A stretch of DNA of 64,000 bases. It comes from Gemmatimonadales bacterium. Lineage in GTDB: Bacteria > Gemmatimonadota > Gemmatimonadetes > Gemmatimonadales > GWC2-71-9. Positions 30,517 to 42,478 of the stretch are shown here, piece by piece (the stretch's first letter is position 1; each line of letters starts with the position of its first letter). The stretch spans positions 6,735 to 70,734 of the forward strand of contig JBBDNM010000063.1 of the NCBI GenBank assembly GCA_040877595.1, written 5' to 3'. The position numbers and the translations under genes were made by a program. The notes under the pieces were generated by a model. The model was not told the DNA's origin. It was given only the letters and a program-made list of their open reading frames with translations, and did not search any database.

Positions 30517-31412
30517 TGCGCCGGGTGCTGCTCGGCCTCGTCGCCCTGGCGTGTCAGGGAACGGCGGCCAATCACGAAGCGTTGGGTGATCGCGCCTATC
30601 TGGCAAGCCGTCACGGCGAGGCCCTGGTCGAGTATCGCATCGCGCTGGTGCAGCGGGCGCCCGACGGACGCCTCCGGGCCAAGGCGGGTGCCGCAGCGCT
30701 CCAGGCGGGTGAATTGCTGGCAGCGGTCGAGGAGTATCGGGCCCTGGGGCAGGAGGACCGGAATCGTGTTGGGGAGGCCGTGGATGGCCTCCAGCGCGTC
30801 GCGGAGCAGGCGTTGCGCGCACGTGACCGGGCGGGGCTGCGGGCGGCCGTCACCGCCTTGCGGGAACTGGCGGCCGGCCGTGCGTTGACCGCGTTCGGCC
30901 CGCAATTAGCCGAGGTGCTGGGCGACCGGCCGGCGGTCGCCGAGGCGCTGACCCTGCTCCCGTATGCCGCCGCTTTGGCGCCCGATGCCGGGCGGGAGGA
31001 CTCGCTGCTGCACGCGTACGGCGACGCCCTGCGGCGGGCCGGTCGGTGCGAAGCGGCGTTGCCGGTGTACGAGGGTATTGCGCGCCGTCAGCGGGCGCCG
31101 AGTGCGATCGCCGATGCCGCCGCCGGAGCGACGGCGTGCGCCGTCGAACTGGGGCATCGGGAGCTGAGAGCGGGCCGTCCTCAGGAGGCGCGTGCCTGGT
31201 TCGAACGCGCGGTTCAGAGCGGGGACAACACCGCAGGCGGTCGGGCGGCATACCTTGGGCTTGGCGATGTGGCCTTGGCCCTGGGAGATGCGGAGGCGGC
31301 GATCGAAGCGTATTTCCGCGCGCAAGCGGGGGCGGCCCACGGGGACACGATCGCGGTCCGTGCCGTGGAGCGGATCAATCGACTGATGAATGCGGGGACC
31401 GTGTTCCCGTGA
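30516..31412 (+). CDS. hypothetical exported Ala-rich TPR-like protein
   Basis: It has the signal-like N-terminus MRRVLLGLVALACQG and helical Ala/Arg-rich repeats. GTG 30516 overlaps the preceding TAG. Confidence 0.5.
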   Translation: MRRVLLGLVALACQGTAANHEALGDRAYLASRHGEALVEYRIALVQRAPDGRLRAKAGAAALQAGELLAAVEEYRALGQEDRNRVGEAVDGLQRVAEQALRARDRAGLRAAVTALRELAAGRALTAFGPQLAEVLGDRPAVAEALTLLPYAAALAPDAGREDSLLHAYGDALRRAGRCEAALPVYEGIARRQRAPSAIADAAAGATACAVELGHRELRAGRPQEARAWFERAVQSGDNTAGGRAAYLGLGDVALALGDAEAAIEAYFRAQAGAAHGDTIAVRAVERINRLMNAGTVFP

Positions 31413-32161
31413 TGAGGTTACGCCTGATGGCTGTGCGATACGCGGTTGCCACGCTGCTGCTGATCGGTTGTGGCGGGGGGTTCCGGCCGGAGTCGTTCCC
31501 GACGCCGGAGGCGCTCTTTGCGGCCAGCGTGCAACAATTCGAGGCCGGCAACTGCGGTGCGGCGGCCCGCGGGTTTGCGCAGCTGACCCGCGACCTGCCG
31601 TCCCGGGATCCTCGCCTGCCGGAGGCCCGGTTCTACCTGGCGGAGTGCCTGTCAGACGATGGAGACCATCTCGGCGCGGCTCGTGAGTTCCGTCGCGTGG
31701 CCGACGAGTTTCCCGACCACGCCCGGGCGCCGGCGGCGCTGCTGCGCGCCGGCGAATCGTTGACCCGGATGTGGCGCCGTCCCCAGCTGGATCCGACGCA
31801 CGGCGAAACCGCCTTGACGGTGTACCGGGAACTCTTGACGCGGTATCCATCGTCGGATGCGGCCCGAGTGGCGCAGCAGCGTGCGTTGGACCTGGTTGAC
31901 CGTTTCGCCACGAAGGACCTGCGCACGGGCGATTTCTATTTCCGCCTGCGGGCCTACGACTCGGCGATCCTCTATTATCGCAGCGTCATTCAGCAGTGGC
32001 CTGACTCGCGTCGCGCTCCCGACGCCCTGTTGCGGCTCGTGGCAACGTATGATCGCCTCGGGTACGACGAAGAGCAGCGTGAAACCTGTGAGCACCTGCG
32101 CCGCTTCTATCCGGAGCATCCGGGACTGGATGCCCGGTGTCCCGTCCCCCTCGCGCCGTAG
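31412..32161 (+). CDS. bamD: outer membrane protein assembly factor BamD (YfiO-like lipoprotein)
   Basis: It has the lipobox LLLIGCGG. FEAGNCGAAARGFAQL...PEARFYLAECL...DFYFRLRAYDSAILYYRSVIQQWPDS...DALLRLVATYDRLGY is typical BamD TPR architecture. Confidence 0.8.
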   Translation: MRLRLMAVRYAVATLLLIGCGGGFRPESFPTPEALFAASVQQFEAGNCGAAARGFAQLTRDLPSRDPRLPEARFYLAECLSDDGDHLGAAREFRRVADEFPDHARAPAALLRAGESLTRMWRRPQLDPTHGETALTVYRELLTRYPSSDAARVAQQRALDLVDRFATKDLRTGDFYFRLRAYDSAILYYRSVIQQWPDSRRAPDALLRLVATYDRLGYDEEQRETCEHLRRFYPEHPGLDARCPVPLAP

Positions 32162-32167
32162 GGCGTC

Positions 32168-32743
32168 GTGCGCATCGGCGTGTTCGGCGGGTCGTTCGAC
32201 CCTATTCATCACGGTCACCTGATCGTGGCCCGTGCGGCGCTCGAGGGCTTGTCCCTCGACCAAGTGCGGTTCGTGCCCGTCCGACAGCAACCGTTCAAGC
32301 AGGGTGATCACGGCGCGTCGCCGGAGGACCGGCTGGCCATGCTGGCGGTGGCGGTGGCGGGGGAGCCGGGGTTTGTGGTGGACCGCTGCGAGCTGGACCG
32401 TCCGGGACCCTCCTACACGGTGGACACGCTGCGCACCCTTCGTGCCGCCTATCCGCGAGACCAGTTAGTGTTGTTGCTTGGCGCCGATGCCGCGCGGGAC
32501 CTCGCGACGTGGCGCGAAGCCGAGGTGTTGCCGACGCTCGCCGAGATCGTGGTGTTGAGCCGTCCGGGGGCGGCAACGGTGGCGCAGGGCCTCGTCGCGG
32601 CCACGCTCGCGGTGCCGCCGGTGGCTATCGCCGCTGCCGACCTCCGCGCGCGGTGCGCCCGCGGCGCTTCCATTCGTCATTGCGTGCCTGATGCCGTTCG
32701 GGCGTTGATCGCCGACCGGCGACTGTACCGGGAAAGAGACTGA
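32168..32743 (+). CDS. nadD: nicotinate-nucleotide adenylyltransferase
   Basis: [17 protein letters not shown] (the (H/T)xGH motif) and SYTVDTL. Confidence 0.9.
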   Translation: MRIGVFGGSFDPIHHGHLIVARAALEGLSLDQVRFVPVRQQPFKQGDHGASPEDRLAMLAVAVAGEPGFVVDRCELDRPGPSYTVDTLRTLRAAYPRDQLVLLLGADAARDLATWREAEVLPTLAEIVVLSRPGAATVAQGLVAATLAVPPVAIAAADLRARCARGASIRHCVPDAVRALIADRRLYRERD

Positions 32744-35700
32744 TGCTCAAGCAACTCGTCACGGCGGTCATTGGGACCCGCTTCAATCGCGAGCTCAAGC
32801 GGATCCAGCCGTTGGTGGACGCGGTCCATCGTCACGAAGAACAGCTGGCGCGTCTCTCCGATACGGAGCTGCCGGCCCAGACCGCCAAGTTCCGCGGCAT
32901 CCTGCGCGAGCGCGTCGGCGAACTCGAAGATGCGCTGGCCGCGCGCCGGGCCGAGAAGCGCGACTGTGCGGACCCGGCGCGACGGGATGAACTCGAGCAG
33001 GAAGTGCAGGCGCTGGACGAGGAGCGCAAGCGCGGCACCGCGGCCGTACTCGACGAGTTGCTCCCTGAGGCGTTCGCCACCGTGCGCGAAGCCGCCCGAC
33101 GGCTCAAGGGTTCGCCCGTGGTGGTGACGGGGCAGGAGTCCGTGTGGGACATGGTGCCGTACGACGTGCAGTTGATCGGCGGCATCGTGTTGCACCAGGG
33201 CAAGATTGCCGAAATGGCCACCGGCGAGGGCAAGACCCTCGTGGCCACGCTGCCGCTGTACCTGAACGCGCTGCCGGGCCATGGCGTGCACCTCGTCACG
33301 GTCAACGATTACCTGGCACGCCGCGACTCGCAGTGGATGGGGCATCTGCTCCGGTGGCTGGGTCTCACGGTGACCTGCCTGGACGACACGCAGCCGTCGA
33401 GCCCGGAACGGCGGGCGGCGTACGGCGCCGACGTCACGTACGGCACGAACAACGAGTTTGGCTTCGACTACCTGCGCGACAACATGGTCTTCGGCGCCGA
33501 CCAGCGGGTGCAGCGGAGCCACGTCTTCGCCATCGTGGATGAGGTGGACAGCATCCTCATTGACGAGGCGCGCACCCCGCTCATCATCTCCGGGCCGGTC
33601 GGCAACGAGGAAGACCGGAAGTACCAACAGCACAACGGGCTGGTGCGGGACCTGTTCCGCAAGCAGACGGCGATCGTGAACGAATTGGTCGCCGCAGCCG
33701 ACCGGAAGGTGGAGGCGAACCCCGAGGACTACGAAGCCGCCCTGATGTTGTTCAAGATTCAGCGCGGTGCGCCAAAGAACAAGCGGTTCATGAAGATGAT
33801 GCAGGAGCCGCAGCTGCAGCAGAAGGTCCAGCGGGTCGAGCTCGACTATCTCGCCGACCGGAAGCTGCCGGCCACACAGCAGAAGATGCGTGACGTCGAG
33901 GACGACCTGTTCTACGTGCTCGACGAGCGGGGCCACGCGGTGCATCTCACGGACAGGGGCGTCGAGGCACTGTCCCCGGATGACCCGCACCTGTTCGTGA
34001 TTCCCGACATCTCCGAGGCCGTGGGAGCGGTGGACCGGGATGAATCGCTCACGGCCGAACAGCGTGTGGACGCTCGCCAGCGCCTCGAAGCCGAGTACGC
34101 GGAAAAGAGCGAGAAGCTGCACATCATCCATAAGCTGTTACAGGCCTACGCCCTGTACGAAAAGGACGTGGAATACGTCGTCCAGGAGGGGCAGGTCTTC
34201 ATCGTGGACGAGTTCACGGGCCGCATCATGGCGGGGCGACGCTGGTCGGACGGCCTGCACCAGGCGGTGGAGGCCAAGGAGGGCGTGGTGGTGCGCGGCG
34301 AGACCCAGACGCTCGCCACGATCACGATCCAGAACTACTTCCGGATGTACGACAAACTGTCGGGCATGACCGGCACGGCCGAGACGGAAGAGACCGAGTT
34401 CTTCCAGATCTACGGCCTCGAGGTGACGGTCATTCCGACCCACCGACCCGTGCGTCGCGTGGACGCGCACGACATGCTGTACCGCACTCGGCGCGAGAAG
34501 TACAACGCGTTGGTGGACGAAGTCGAGCGCCACCACAAGCGCGGCCTGCCGGTCCTGGTGGGGACCGTGTCGGTGGATGTCTCCGAGACCCTGGCGCGCA
34601 TGCTCAAGCGGCGTGGCCTCACGCACGAAGTCCTGAACGCCAAGTTGCACCAGCGCGAGGCGCAGATCGTGGCCGGGGCGGGGCAGCCGGGTGCCATTAC
34701 GATCGCCACCAACATGGCCGGCCGCGGGACCGACATCAAACTCGGACTGGGCGTGCGCCAGTGCACCGTGTGCGGGATCTCGGCCAAGCTCGCGCCGTTT
34801 GGCCAACAGCGGGAAACGCCGGACCTGACACCCTCCCAGATCGCCGACAAGAAGTGCAACACCGACCCGCCATGCGGGCTGGTGATCATCGGGACGGAAC
34901 GGCATGAGTCGCGCCGGATTGACCGCCAGCTGCGCGGCCGGTCCGGGCGGCAGGGCGACCCGGGCCAGAGTGTGTTCTTCCTGTCACTGGAAGACGACCT
35001 CATGCGCCTGTTCCAGACTGAGCGCGTGTCGCGCTGGATGGAGAAGGCCGGGGCCGAAGAAGGCGAAGTCATTACGCACCCGCTGGTGACCCGCGCCATC
35101 GGGAATGCCCAGAAGCGCGTCGAGCTCCGGAACTTCCAATCCCGCAAGCGGCTGCTGGATTACGACGACGTGATGAACCAGCAGCGCGAGGTGGTGTACT
35201 CGTTGCGGTTGTTTGCGCTCGAGGGTGGGGAAGAGCTGAAGGCCGAAGCCCAGCGGATGCTGGAAGAGGCCGTCACGCACTATGTGCGCCACGTGGATCC
35301 CGATCCCGCGATGTGGGACCGCGAGGCGATGCGGGCGGACCTGAAGGTCCGTTTCCTGGTGCCCGGCACGCGCCTGACCGACCCCGCGCAGGTGCCGGAC
35401 GCCGAAGCCCTCGCGACGTATCTCAAGGACGAGATGGTCGCCGCGTTCCGCCAGCGCCTGGCCGACTGGCAGGCGTTGGGACAACGGGGGCAGCCGCCCA
35501 TGGAGGCGCTCGACGAGCGGTTGTTGGCGCACATCGTGCTCAACCTGCTGGACGAGAAGTGGAAGGACCACCTCTACGACCTGGATCAACTGCGCAACGC
35601 GATCCAGTACCGGGCGTGGGGGCAGAAGGACCCGCTGGTCGAGTACAAGGGAGACGCGTTCGAGATGTTCGTGGACCTGATGGCCGACATCCGGACCACG

Positions 35701-35943
35701 TTCGCCGAGCGGTTTTTCCGGTTTCACGTACAGGTGGGCGCGCCGCCGCCCGCGCGTCGCCCGCCGCCCCGCCTGGCGGTCCACCCGACCTCGGAAGCCG
35801 ACATGATGGTGGGCGGGCGCGCCCCGGCCGCACCTGCCCGGCCGCAGCCGACCGCGGCGGACCAGCCCAAAGTGGGACGGAACGATCCCTGTCCGTGCGG
35901 GAGTGGCAAGAAGTACAAGAAGTGCCACGGCGCCAACGCCTGA
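32743..35943 (+). CDS. secA: preprotein translocase ATPase SecA
   Basis: [20 protein letters not shown] (Walker A), [58 protein letters not shown], and a C-terminal zinc motif [14 protein letters not shown]. Confidence 0.97.
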   Translation: MLKQLVTAVIGTRFNRELKRIQPLVDAVHRHEEQLARLSDTELPAQTAKFRGILRERVGELEDALAARRAEKRDCADPARRDELEQEVQALDEERKRGTAAVLDELLPEAFATVREAARRLKGSPVVVTGQESVWDMVPYDVQLIGGIVLHQGKIAEMATGEGKTLVATLPLYLNALPGHGVHLVTVNDYLARRDSQWMGHLLRWLGLTVTCLDDTQPSSPERRAAYGADVTYGTNNEFGFDYLRDNMVFGADQRVQRSHVFAIVDEVDSILIDEARTPLIISGPVGNEEDRKYQQHNGLVRDLFRKQTAIVNELVAAADRKVEANPEDYEAALMLFKIQRGAPKNKRFMKMMQEPQLQQKVQRVELDYLADRKLPATQQKMRDVEDDLFYVLDERGHAVHLTDRGVEALSPDDPHLFVIPDISEAVGAVDRDESLTAEQRVDARQRLEAEYAEKSEKLHIIHKLLQAYALYEKDVEYVVQEGQVFIVDEFTGRIMAGRRWSDGLHQAVEAKEGVVVRGETQTLATITIQNYFRMYDKLSGMTGTAETEETEFFQIYGLEVTVIPTHRPVRRVDAHDMLYRTRREKYNALVDEVERHHKRGLPVLVGTVSVDVSETLARMLKRRGLTHEVLNAKLHQREAQIVAGAGQPGAITIATNMAGRGTDIKLGLGVRQCTVCGISAKLAPFGQQRETPDLTPSQIADKKCNTDPPCGLVIIGTERHESRRIDRQLRGRSGRQGDPGQSVFFLSLEDDLMRLFQTERVSRWMEKAGAEEGEVITHPLVTRAIGNAQKRVELRNFQSRKRLLDYDDVMNQQREVVYSLRLFALEGGEELKAEAQRMLEEAVTHYVRHVDPDPAMWDREAMRADLKVRFLVPGTRLTDPAQVPDAEALATYLKDEMVAAFRQRLADWQALGQRGQPPMEALDERLLAHIVLNLLDEKWKDHLYDLDQLRNAIQYRAWGQKDPLVEYKGDAFEMFVDLMADIRTTFAERFFRFHVQVGAPPPARRPPPRLAVHPTSEADMMVGGRAPAAPARPQPTAADQPKVGRNDPCPCGSGKKYKKCHGANA

Positions 35944-35975
35944 TTCTGCGTCATTTTGCTTAGGCCTGGGGAGGC

Positions 35976-36683
35976 ATGTGGACCCATCGTGGTCCCATGG
36001 CCTCCCCCTTTGCTTCCCCCCTGAACGGGGGCGACGGACCCCGCGAACGCCTGCGTCGCCTTGGTCCAGGCGCGTTGACGGTGACCGAGCTCCTCGCCAT
36101 TCTCCTAGGGACGGGTTCGCCCCGGCGGAATGCCCTGGTGGTCGCCGCCGACCTTCTGGCGGCAGGAGGCGGTACCCTGCGGGCACTGGCCCGTCGGCCC
36201 GTGGGGGCCTTGGCTGGGGTGCAGGGTGTCGGCGGGGCGAAGGCCGCCCGCGTGGTGGCCGGCCTGGAACTGGCGCGGCGCATGGCGACCGAGGAGCCGG
36301 GCCGTGTCCGCACCATCCGGCATCCCGGCGACGTGCATCGGTGGTGCGGTCCGGCGTTGCGCGACCTGCCGGTTGAGGAGTTCCATCTCCTCACGCTGGA
36401 CACGCAGAACCGGATTACGCGCGAGCTCCTGATCACGCGCGGCATTCTCAACTCCGCGTTGGTCCACCCGCGGGAAGTGTTTCGCGCCGCGATTGCGGAG
36501 GCCGCTGCCGGCATCGTGGTGGTGCACAACCACCCGAGCGGGCACCCGGTGCCCTCGGCGGACGACCGCGCGGTGACGCGCCAACTGGTGGAAGCGGGGC
36601 GGGTGTTGGACATTCCCGTCTACGACCACGTCATCGTGGCGGGAGACCGCTACTTCAGCTTTGCGGAGGCAGGCCTGTTGTGA
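35976..36683 (+). CDS. radC: RadC-family JAMM/MPN domain protein
   Basis: LTVTELLAILLGTG (HhH region) and the JAMM motif VVHNHPSGHPVPSADD. A GGGGAGG SD sequence lies upstream. Confidence 0.9.
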   Translation: MWTHRGPMASPFASPLNGGDGPRERLRRLGPGALTVTELLAILLGTGSPRRNALVVAADLLAAGGGTLRALARRPVGALAGVQGVGGAKAARVVAGLELARRMATEEPGRVRTIRHPGDVHRWCGPALRDLPVEEFHLLTLDTQNRITRELLITRGILNSALVHPREVFRAAIAEAAAGIVVVHNHPSGHPVPSADDRAVTRQLVEAGRVLDIPVYDHVIVAGDRYFSFAEAGLL

Positions 36684-38854
36684 CCACGCTGGTTTCGGTG
36701 GTGGACCGTTCGCTGAGCGACGCCCTCACGGCGCGCGCCGACCGCATTGATGTCGAGGCGGTGCGGCGGGCGTTCGCGTTTGGGGCGGCCGCGCATCGTG
36801 GGCAGAAACGGGCCTCCGGGGACGATTTCATCTCGCACGCCACCGAAGTGGCGCGCATCCTCGTCGAGTTGAATCTCGACACGACCACGATCATCGCCGC
36901 CTTGTTGCATGACGTGGTAGAGGATGCCGAAGTCACGATCGGGGAAATTCAGGAGCGGTTTGGCGATGACGTGGCCGGCATTGTGGACGGCCTGACGAAG
37001 ATCTCGACCCTGCAATTCCGGTCGAGCACCGAAGAACAGGTCGAAAACTACCGCAAGCTCATGTTGTCCATCGCGCGCGATGCCCGCACCATCATCGTGA
37101 AGCTCGCCGACCGGTTGCACAACATGCGGACGCTGGAACACCTCGCGGAAGAATCTCGGCGCCGCAACGCCCTGGAAACGCGGGAAATCTACGCGCCGCT
37201 GGCACACCGGTTTGGGATGGCGGGCGTGAAAGCCGAACTGGAGGACCTGGCCTTCAAGTTCCTGGAACCCGACGAGTACCGTGCGCTGGCCCGCAAGCTC
37301 CAGGCGCGACGCGACGAACGCGAGGCCATGGTGACTCGGCTCAAGGAGCCGCTGGAGGCCGAGCTGGCGCGGGCGGGGATTCCCAATTTTGACGTGAGCG
37401 GGCGGGCCAAGCACCTGTGGTCCATCTGGAAAAAGGTACGGCAACAGGATAAGCCGTTCGAGGAAGTGTACGACTTGATGGCGGTGCGCGTCCTGGTCGA
37501 CACGGTGCGCGACTGCTACCACGCCCTTGGCGTGATCCACCATACGTGGACGCCGCTGCAGGAGCGCTTCAAGGACTACATCGCTTCCCCCAAGTCGAAC
37601 GCGTATCAGTCCCTGCATACCACCATCTTTGGACCGGGTGGGCGCTTGTACGAAATCCAGATCCGGACCCGCGAGATGCATCGCACGGCCGAGTTCGGGA
37701 TCGCGGCCCATTGGGTGTACAAGGAAGGGCGGCGACCCGACGAGTTGGACGAACGATTCGCGTGGTTCCGCCAGCTGATGGAGCTCCAGCAGGATGCGCG
37801 GTCCCCGGAAGAGTTCATGGAGTTCCTGAAGATCGACCTGTACCAGGACGAGATCTTTGTGTTCACGCCCAAGGGCGACGTGAAACGTCTCCCACGGGGC
37901 GCCACGCCGATTGACCTGGCGTTCGCCGTGCACTCCGAGGTCGGGCTCCGGTGTCAGGGGGCCAAGGTGAACGGTCGCATTGCGCCGCTCCACCGGGCAT
38001 TGCGAAACGGTGACACGGTCGAAGTCATCGCGGGGGCGCAGGCGCGTCCCAGTCGCGACTGGCTGAGCCATGTGCGCACGGCCCGCGCGCGCCACCGTAT
38101 CCGGCAATGGATCAATCGCGAGGAGGCGGACACCAGTCTCCAGCTTGGTCGCGAGATCCTGGCGCGTGAACTGCGCCGACGCCGGCTCGACCTGCCGGAT
38201 GAGGCGCACCAGACGGCGGCCGCCGCGACCCTCTCGCTCGGATCCAGCGACCTCATGCTGGAATCGCTTGGTCGCGGTGACCTGCCCATGGGCCAGGTGA
38301 TTCGCGCCCTGTTTCCCCAGCGTCCGCCCGACGAATTGCAGGCCCCGAAACCCACCATGTTCGGTCGCGTGATGGACCGTATCCGGTTGGGGCGTGGCGT
38401 GAAGGTGCAGGGGGTGACCGGCCTGATGGTGCGGTATGCGCAGTGCTGCCAGCCCGTACCCGGCGATCAAGTCGTCGGGTTCGTCACGCAGGGACGCGGC
38501 ATCTCGATCCACCGCACCGACTGTCCCAACCTCCTGACGATGCCGCGGGACGGTGACCGGCGCGTCGAGATTGACTGGCAGTCCATGGAAGGCGAGGTCT
38601 TCGTGGTGCGGCTGGCCGTGGACGGCGAGGACCGGCGGGGATTGTACGCCGACCTGATGGAAGCCATTTCGGGAGTGGGGACCAACATCAAGCAGGCCGA
38701 CCTCTCGAGCCGTGATGGCGCGATGTTCGGCCATGTGGTGGTGGAAGTCGAACACAGCACGCACCTGGCCAAGGTGATGCGCGCCATGCGCCGGGTGAAA
38801 GGGGTGCAGCGCGTCGAGCGGCATGAGGCCGTGGCGCGCGAACTGGGCGCGTGA
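36680..38854 (+). CDS. bifunctional (p)ppGpp synthetase/hydrolase RelA/SpoT homolog
   Basis: It has an HD domain ([20 protein letters not shown]...LLHDVVED), a synthetase domain ([22 protein letters not shown]), and TGS and ACT domains. Confidence 0.95.
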   Translation: MTTLVSVVDRSLSDALTARADRIDVEAVRRAFAFGAAAHRGQKRASGDDFISHATEVARILVELNLDTTTIIAALLHDVVEDAEVTIGEIQERFGDDVAGIVDGLTKISTLQFRSSTEEQVENYRKLMLSIARDARTIIVKLADRLHNMRTLEHLAEESRRRNALETREIYAPLAHRFGMAGVKAELEDLAFKFLEPDEYRALARKLQARRDEREAMVTRLKEPLEAELARAGIPNFDVSGRAKHLWSIWKKVRQQDKPFEEVYDLMAVRVLVDTVRDCYHALGVIHHTWTPLQERFKDYIASPKSNAYQSLHTTIFGPGGRLYEIQIRTREMHRTAEFGIAAHWVYKEGRRPDELDERFAWFRQLMELQQDARSPEEFMEFLKIDLYQDEIFVFTPKGDVKRLPRGATPIDLAFAVHSEVGLRCQGAKVNGRIAPLHRALRNGDTVEVIAGAQARPSRDWLSHVRTARARHRIRQWINREEADTSLQLGREILARELRRRRLDLPDEAHQTAAAATLSLGSSDLMLESLGRGDLPMGQVIRALFPQRPPDELQAPKPTMFGRVMDRIRLGRGVKVQGVTGLMVRYAQCCQPVPGDQVVGFVTQGRGISIHRTDCPNLLTMPRDGDRRVEIDWQSMEGEVFVVRLAVDGEDRRGLYADLMEAISGVGTNIKQADLSSRDGAMFGHVVVEVEHSTHLAKVMRAMRRVKGVQRVERHEAVARELGA

Positions 38855-40839
38855 GCGACTTCCGGCTCGTCCTGCCGTTCGCGCCCGCGGGTGACCAGCC
38901 CACCGCGATGGCGTCGCTGGTGGAGGGGTTCACGGCGGGCGCCAAGCACCAGACCCTGCTCGGCGTCACCGGGTCGGGCAAGACGGTCACCATGGCGTAC
39001 GTGATCGCGACCCTCGGCCGGCCCACGATCGTCCTCTCGCACAACAAGACGCTGGCCGCCCAGCTCTACGGCGAGATCAAGTCATTCTTCCCCGAGAACG
39101 CCGTCGAGTACTTCATCTCGTACTACGACTATTACCAGCCCGAAGCCTACGTCCCCGCGACGGACACCTACATCGCGAAGGACGCGTCCATCAACGAAGA
39201 AATCGAGATGCTGCGCCTGCGCGCCACGTCGAGCCTGATGGAACGGGAGGACGTGGTCGTCGTGGCCACGGTATCGGCGATCTACGGGCTGGGGGATCCC
39301 GCCGAATACCGCAACCTCATGGTGCGGCTGGCCGTGGGCGATGCCCTCAGTCGCGATACGTTTCTTGGCGATCTGGTGCGCGTCCACTACCAGCGGAACG
39401 ATGTCGCCTTTGAGCGCGGGACGTTCCGTGTGCGTGGTGACACGGTCGAAGTGTGGCCGAAGTACGATGAACAGGCGGTGCGGGTCGAGTTCTTCGGTGA
39501 TGACGTCGAGCGCATCACGCGGATTGACCCACTGACCGGCAACACGATCCGTCCGATGACCCGGACGGCGATCTATCCCGCGAGTCACTTCGTGGTGGAG
39601 CGTCCGAAGCTCGACCGCGCACTGGGTGCCATCAAGGCAGAACTCAAGGAGCGGCTGGACGGGTTGCGGGCGGCCAACAAACTGCTGGAAGCGCAGCGCC
39701 TGGAATCCCGCACGGCATTTGACCTGGACCTCATGCGCGAGATCGGGACCTGCCCCGGCATCGAGAACTACAGTCGGCACCTGCTGGCGCGGCATCCGGG
39801 TGAACGGCCGGCCTGCCTCCTCGACTATTTCCCGGCCGAGTTCCTCACGATCATTGACGAGTCGCACGCCACGTTGCCGCAGATTGGTGGCATGTACGAA
39901 GGCGACCGGTCCCGCAAGATGACGCTCGTGGAGCACGGGTTCCGCCTGCCGTCGGCCCTGGACAACCGGCCGCTCAACGGCACGGAGTTTCGCGCGATTG
40001 TGCCGACCTTGCTGTTCGTGTCGGCGACGCCCGGGGCCGAAGAGATCGCGCTGTCGGAAGGTCGCGTGGTGGAGCAGATCATCCGGCCGACCGGCCTGGT
40101 GGACCCGGCAGTCGAGGTCCGGCCGGTCAAAGGCCAGGTGGACGACCTGCTGGGCGAGATTCGCACGACCGCCGGGCGCGGGGACCGGGTGCTCGTGACG
40201 ACCCTGACCAAGCGCATGGCCGAGGACCTCACGGACTATCTCCAGCAGCACGGCGTGCGCGTCCGGTACCTGCACTCGGATATTGATGCCATCGAGCGGA
40301 TGGAGATCGTGCGGGGACTCCGGTTGGGGGAGTTCGACGTGCTCGTGGGCATCAACCTGTTGCGTGAGGGTTTGGACCTTCCCGAGGTCGCGTTGGTCGC
40401 CATCCTGGATGCGGACCAGGAAGGGTTCCTGCGGTCGGACCGCTCGCTTATCCAGACGGTGGGTCGCACCGCGCGCCACGAACGGGGCCGCGCCATCATG
40501 TACGCCGACCGGGTCACCGGGTCCATGGAGCGGGCGTTGGCGGAGATGACGCGACGTCGCACGATCCAGATCGCGCACAATCTGGCCCACGGAATTACGC
40601 CGGTGTCCATCCGGAAGTCGGTGGAGCAAGTCCGATTTGTGACCCGTGTTGCCGACGCCCGCGCTGCGCCGCGGCCGGACGAGGCGCCGGTGCCGGTTCG
40701 CGATCGTAAGGCGCGTATCGCCATCATCGAGCAACAGATGCGCGAGGCGGCGGCCGAGTTGGATTTCGAACTGGCGGCACGGCTGCGCGACGAGCTGTTC
40801 GAGCTCAAGGCGGCTGGCGACCCGGTGCGTCATGCCTGA
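38851..40839 (+). CDS. uvrB: excinuclease ABC subunit B
   Basis: [16 protein letters not shown], the [10 protein letters not shown] beta-hairpin region, DESH, and the C-terminal UVR domain [14 protein letters not shown]. Confidence 0.97.
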   Translation: MSDFRLVLPFAPAGDQPTAMASLVEGFTAGAKHQTLLGVTGSGKTVTMAYVIATLGRPTIVLSHNKTLAAQLYGEIKSFFPENAVEYFISYYDYYQPEAYVPATDTYIAKDASINEEIEMLRLRATSSLMEREDVVVVATVSAIYGLGDPAEYRNLMVRLAVGDALSRDTFLGDLVRVHYQRNDVAFERGTFRVRGDTVEVWPKYDEQAVRVEFFGDDVERITRIDPLTGNTIRPMTRTAIYPASHFVVERPKLDRALGAIKAELKERLDGLRAANKLLEAQRLESRTAFDLDLMREIGTCPGIENYSRHLLARHPGERPACLLDYFPAEFLTIIDESHATLPQIGGMYEGDRSRKMTLVEHGFRLPSALDNRPLNGTEFRAIVPTLLFVSATPGAEEIALSEGRVVEQIIRPTGLVDPAVEVRPVKGQVDDLLGEIRTTAGRGDRVLVTTLTKRMAEDLTDYLQQHGVRVRYLHSDIDAIERMEIVRGLRLGEFDVLVGINLLREGLDLPEVALVAILDADQEGFLRSDRSLIQTVGRTARHERGRAIMYADRVTGSMERALAEMTRRRTIQIAHNLAHGITPVSIRKSVEQVRFVTRVADARAAPRPDEAPVPVRDRKARIAIIEQQMREAAAELDFELAARLRDELFELKAAGDPVRHA

Positions 40840-41239
40840 GATCGTGACGGTGGACGGCATGCAACACCTCGCCGCCGAGGTGTGGTCCACGTTGCCACCC
40901 GGCAGTGTCGTGTGGCTGTCGGGCGAATTGGGAAGCGGCAAGACGACGTTTGTTCGCGCGCTGACCCGCGCGGCGGGTGCCGAGGCGGCGCGCAGCCCGA
41001 CGTACGGTCTCGTACACCAGTATGCGTCCCCCGCGGGGCCGATCGCCCACGTGGACCTGTATCGCCTGCGTGATCCCGGCGAAGCGGCGGACCTCGAGCT
41101 CGACCAACTGGCGCGGATGAGCCGGGTGACGCTGATCGAATGGCCGGAGCGCGGCGGTCGGTGGGTGCCGCCGGCGACGGTGCACTTCACGCTGGCGCAC
41201 GACACCGTTCCTGATCGGCGACGGGTGGTGCGGGCATGA
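40832..41239 (+). CDS. tsaE: tRNA threonylcarbamoyladenosine biosynthesis ATPase TsaE
   Basis: ATG 40832. [17 protein letters not shown]...[10 protein letters not shown]...HVDLYRL. Confidence 0.88.
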   Translation: MPEIVTVDGMQHLAAEVWSTLPPGSVVWLSGELGSGKTTFVRALTRAAGAEAARSPTYGLVHQYASPAGPIAHVDLYRLRDPGEAADLELDQLARMSRVTLIEWPERGGRWVPPATVHFTLAHDTVPDRRRVVRA

Positions 41240-41961
41240 CCCTGACGCTGGCACTGGATACGGCCACCGAATGGGCGAGTGTCGCCTTGGGTGATGTGGA
41301 GGGTCTGGTCGCGCAGGTGGTGCTGGGTCGCACGCGGCATGCGGCGGCGTTGCTCCCGGCCATCGAACATGTCCTCGGTGTGGCCGGCCGAACCCTCCCC
41401 GATGTCTCGCAGATGGTGCTTGCGGATGGACCCGGCAGTTTCACCGGACTCCGCATTGGGGCGGCCACGGTGCAGGGTATCGTCCGGGCGCACACCCGCG
41501 TGTCGGTCGCGATTGTGCCATCGTTAATGGCGACGGCCTGGGTGGGTGCACGGTTTCACCCCGGGCAGCCGGTGGCGGCGTGGTACGACGCGCTGCGGGG
41601 CGAGGTCTTCGCCGGCATGTGGCGTTGGACCGACGAGGCCGTCGAGACCCTCATGCCCCCCGCCCGTCTCACCCCTGCCGCCGTCCGGGCCGCCGCGTCA
41701 ATCGCACCGGCGCTCGTCGTTGGGGACGGTGCGGCCCGCTACGCCGCTGAGGTGTTGGCCTGGACCGGCCGCCCGGCGGTTGGGCCACCCGCCGGCGCCC
41801 CGCGGGCGGCGGCGTTGCTCGCCTTGCAGGCGGCCGGTGCCACCCAGAGCATCGACCCGTTCGCGTTCGTTCCGGACTACGGACGCCCGGCGGAAGCGCA
41901 GGCACGGTGGGAAGCGGAGCATGGACGTCCCCTACCTGATTCGCCCGGCCACTTCCGCTGA
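41236..41961 (+). CDS. tsaB: tRNA threonylcarbamoyladenosine biosynthesis protein TsaB (YeaZ-like)
   Basis: LALDTATEWASVAL...GPGSFTGLRIG. It sits between tsaE and rimI, as in many bacteria. Confidence 0.85.
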   Translation: MTLTLALDTATEWASVALGDVEGLVAQVVLGRTRHAAALLPAIEHVLGVAGRTLPDVSQMVLADGPGSFTGLRIGAATVQGIVRAHTRVSVAIVPSLMATAWVGARFHPGQPVAAWYDALRGEVFAGMWRWTDEAVETLMPPARLTPAAVRAAASIAPALVVGDGAARYAAEVLAWTGRPAVGPPAGAPRAAALLALQAAGATQSIDPFAFVPDYGRPAEAQARWEAEHGRPLPDSPGHFR

Positions 41962-42379
41962 CGCCCCGGCGTTGGCGGCGCTCGAGCGGGCCACGTTCAG
42001 CGATCCGTGGCCTGCCGAGGCGTTCGTCGCGCTCGGTGCAGGCGTCTCGGCGTTTGTTGCCGAGGCGGTGGGTGTGCTGGGGTTTGTCATCATCCGGCAG
42101 GTGGCCGATGAAGCCGAGCTGCTGGACATTGTGGTACGGCAGGATCGGCGGCGGGAGGGCATCGGCACGGCGTTGCTTGACCGTGCCCAGGCGACCGCGG
42201 CGGAGGCCGGCGCCCGCGCCCTGTTCCTCGAGGTTCGGGCGTCCAATACCCCGGCTCAGGCGTTCTACCGCCGGCACGGATTTTCGGTGATCGGGCGTCG
42301 GGCTCGCTACTACCGTACACCTCCCGAAGATGCGGTCGTTATGCGCTGCGATGTGATGCCGGTTACCCCCGATGCGTAA
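41921..42379 (+). CDS. rimI: ribosomal-protein-alanine N-acetyltransferase (GNAT)
   Basis: ATG 41921. The GNAT core is VVRQDRRREGIGTALL...LEVRASNTPAQAFYRRHGF. It is in tsaB-rimI synteny. Confidence 0.8.
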   Translation: MDVPYLIRPATSADAPALAALERATFSDPWPAEAFVALGAGVSAFVAEAVGVLGFVIIRQVADEAELLDIVVRQDRRREGIGTALLDRAQATAAEAGARALFLEVRASNTPAQAFYRRHGFSVIGRRARYYRTPPEDAVVMRCDVMPVTPDA

Positions 42380-42405
42380 GGAGGCTACAAAACGCGTATC
42401 TTTGG

Positions 42406-42435
42406 TTGACAAAAGGAGTTACCTGTCCCAATATT
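42406..42435 (+). promoter_or_regulatory. candidate sigma-70-type promoter upstream of ssb
   Basis: TTGACA (42406-42411), an 18-nt spacer, then AATATT (42430-42435), in a locally AT-richer spacer. The ssb GTG is at 42479 with a GGAGG SD sequence. Confidence 0.4.
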
Positions 42436-42478
42436 GAGCGCCGTCTGATGGTCCGTTTCATAGCAGTCGGAGGCAATT

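Noticed and set aside
32665-32685. CCATTCGTCATTGCG inside nadD, resembling 1.5 units of the CATTCGT heptad element
   Set aside because: It is a single partial occurrence within a coding sequence (…SIRHCV…) with no tandem array or inverted partner. It is most likely coincidence.
36650-38824. 724-aa ORF on the minus strand
   Set aside because: It is an almost exact mirror of the RelA/SpoT gene. It is a shadow frame.
39082-41493. 803-aa ORF on the minus strand
   Set aside because: It is antisense to uvrB, tsaE and tsaB, all of which have unmistakable motifs. It is a GC-rich shadow frame.
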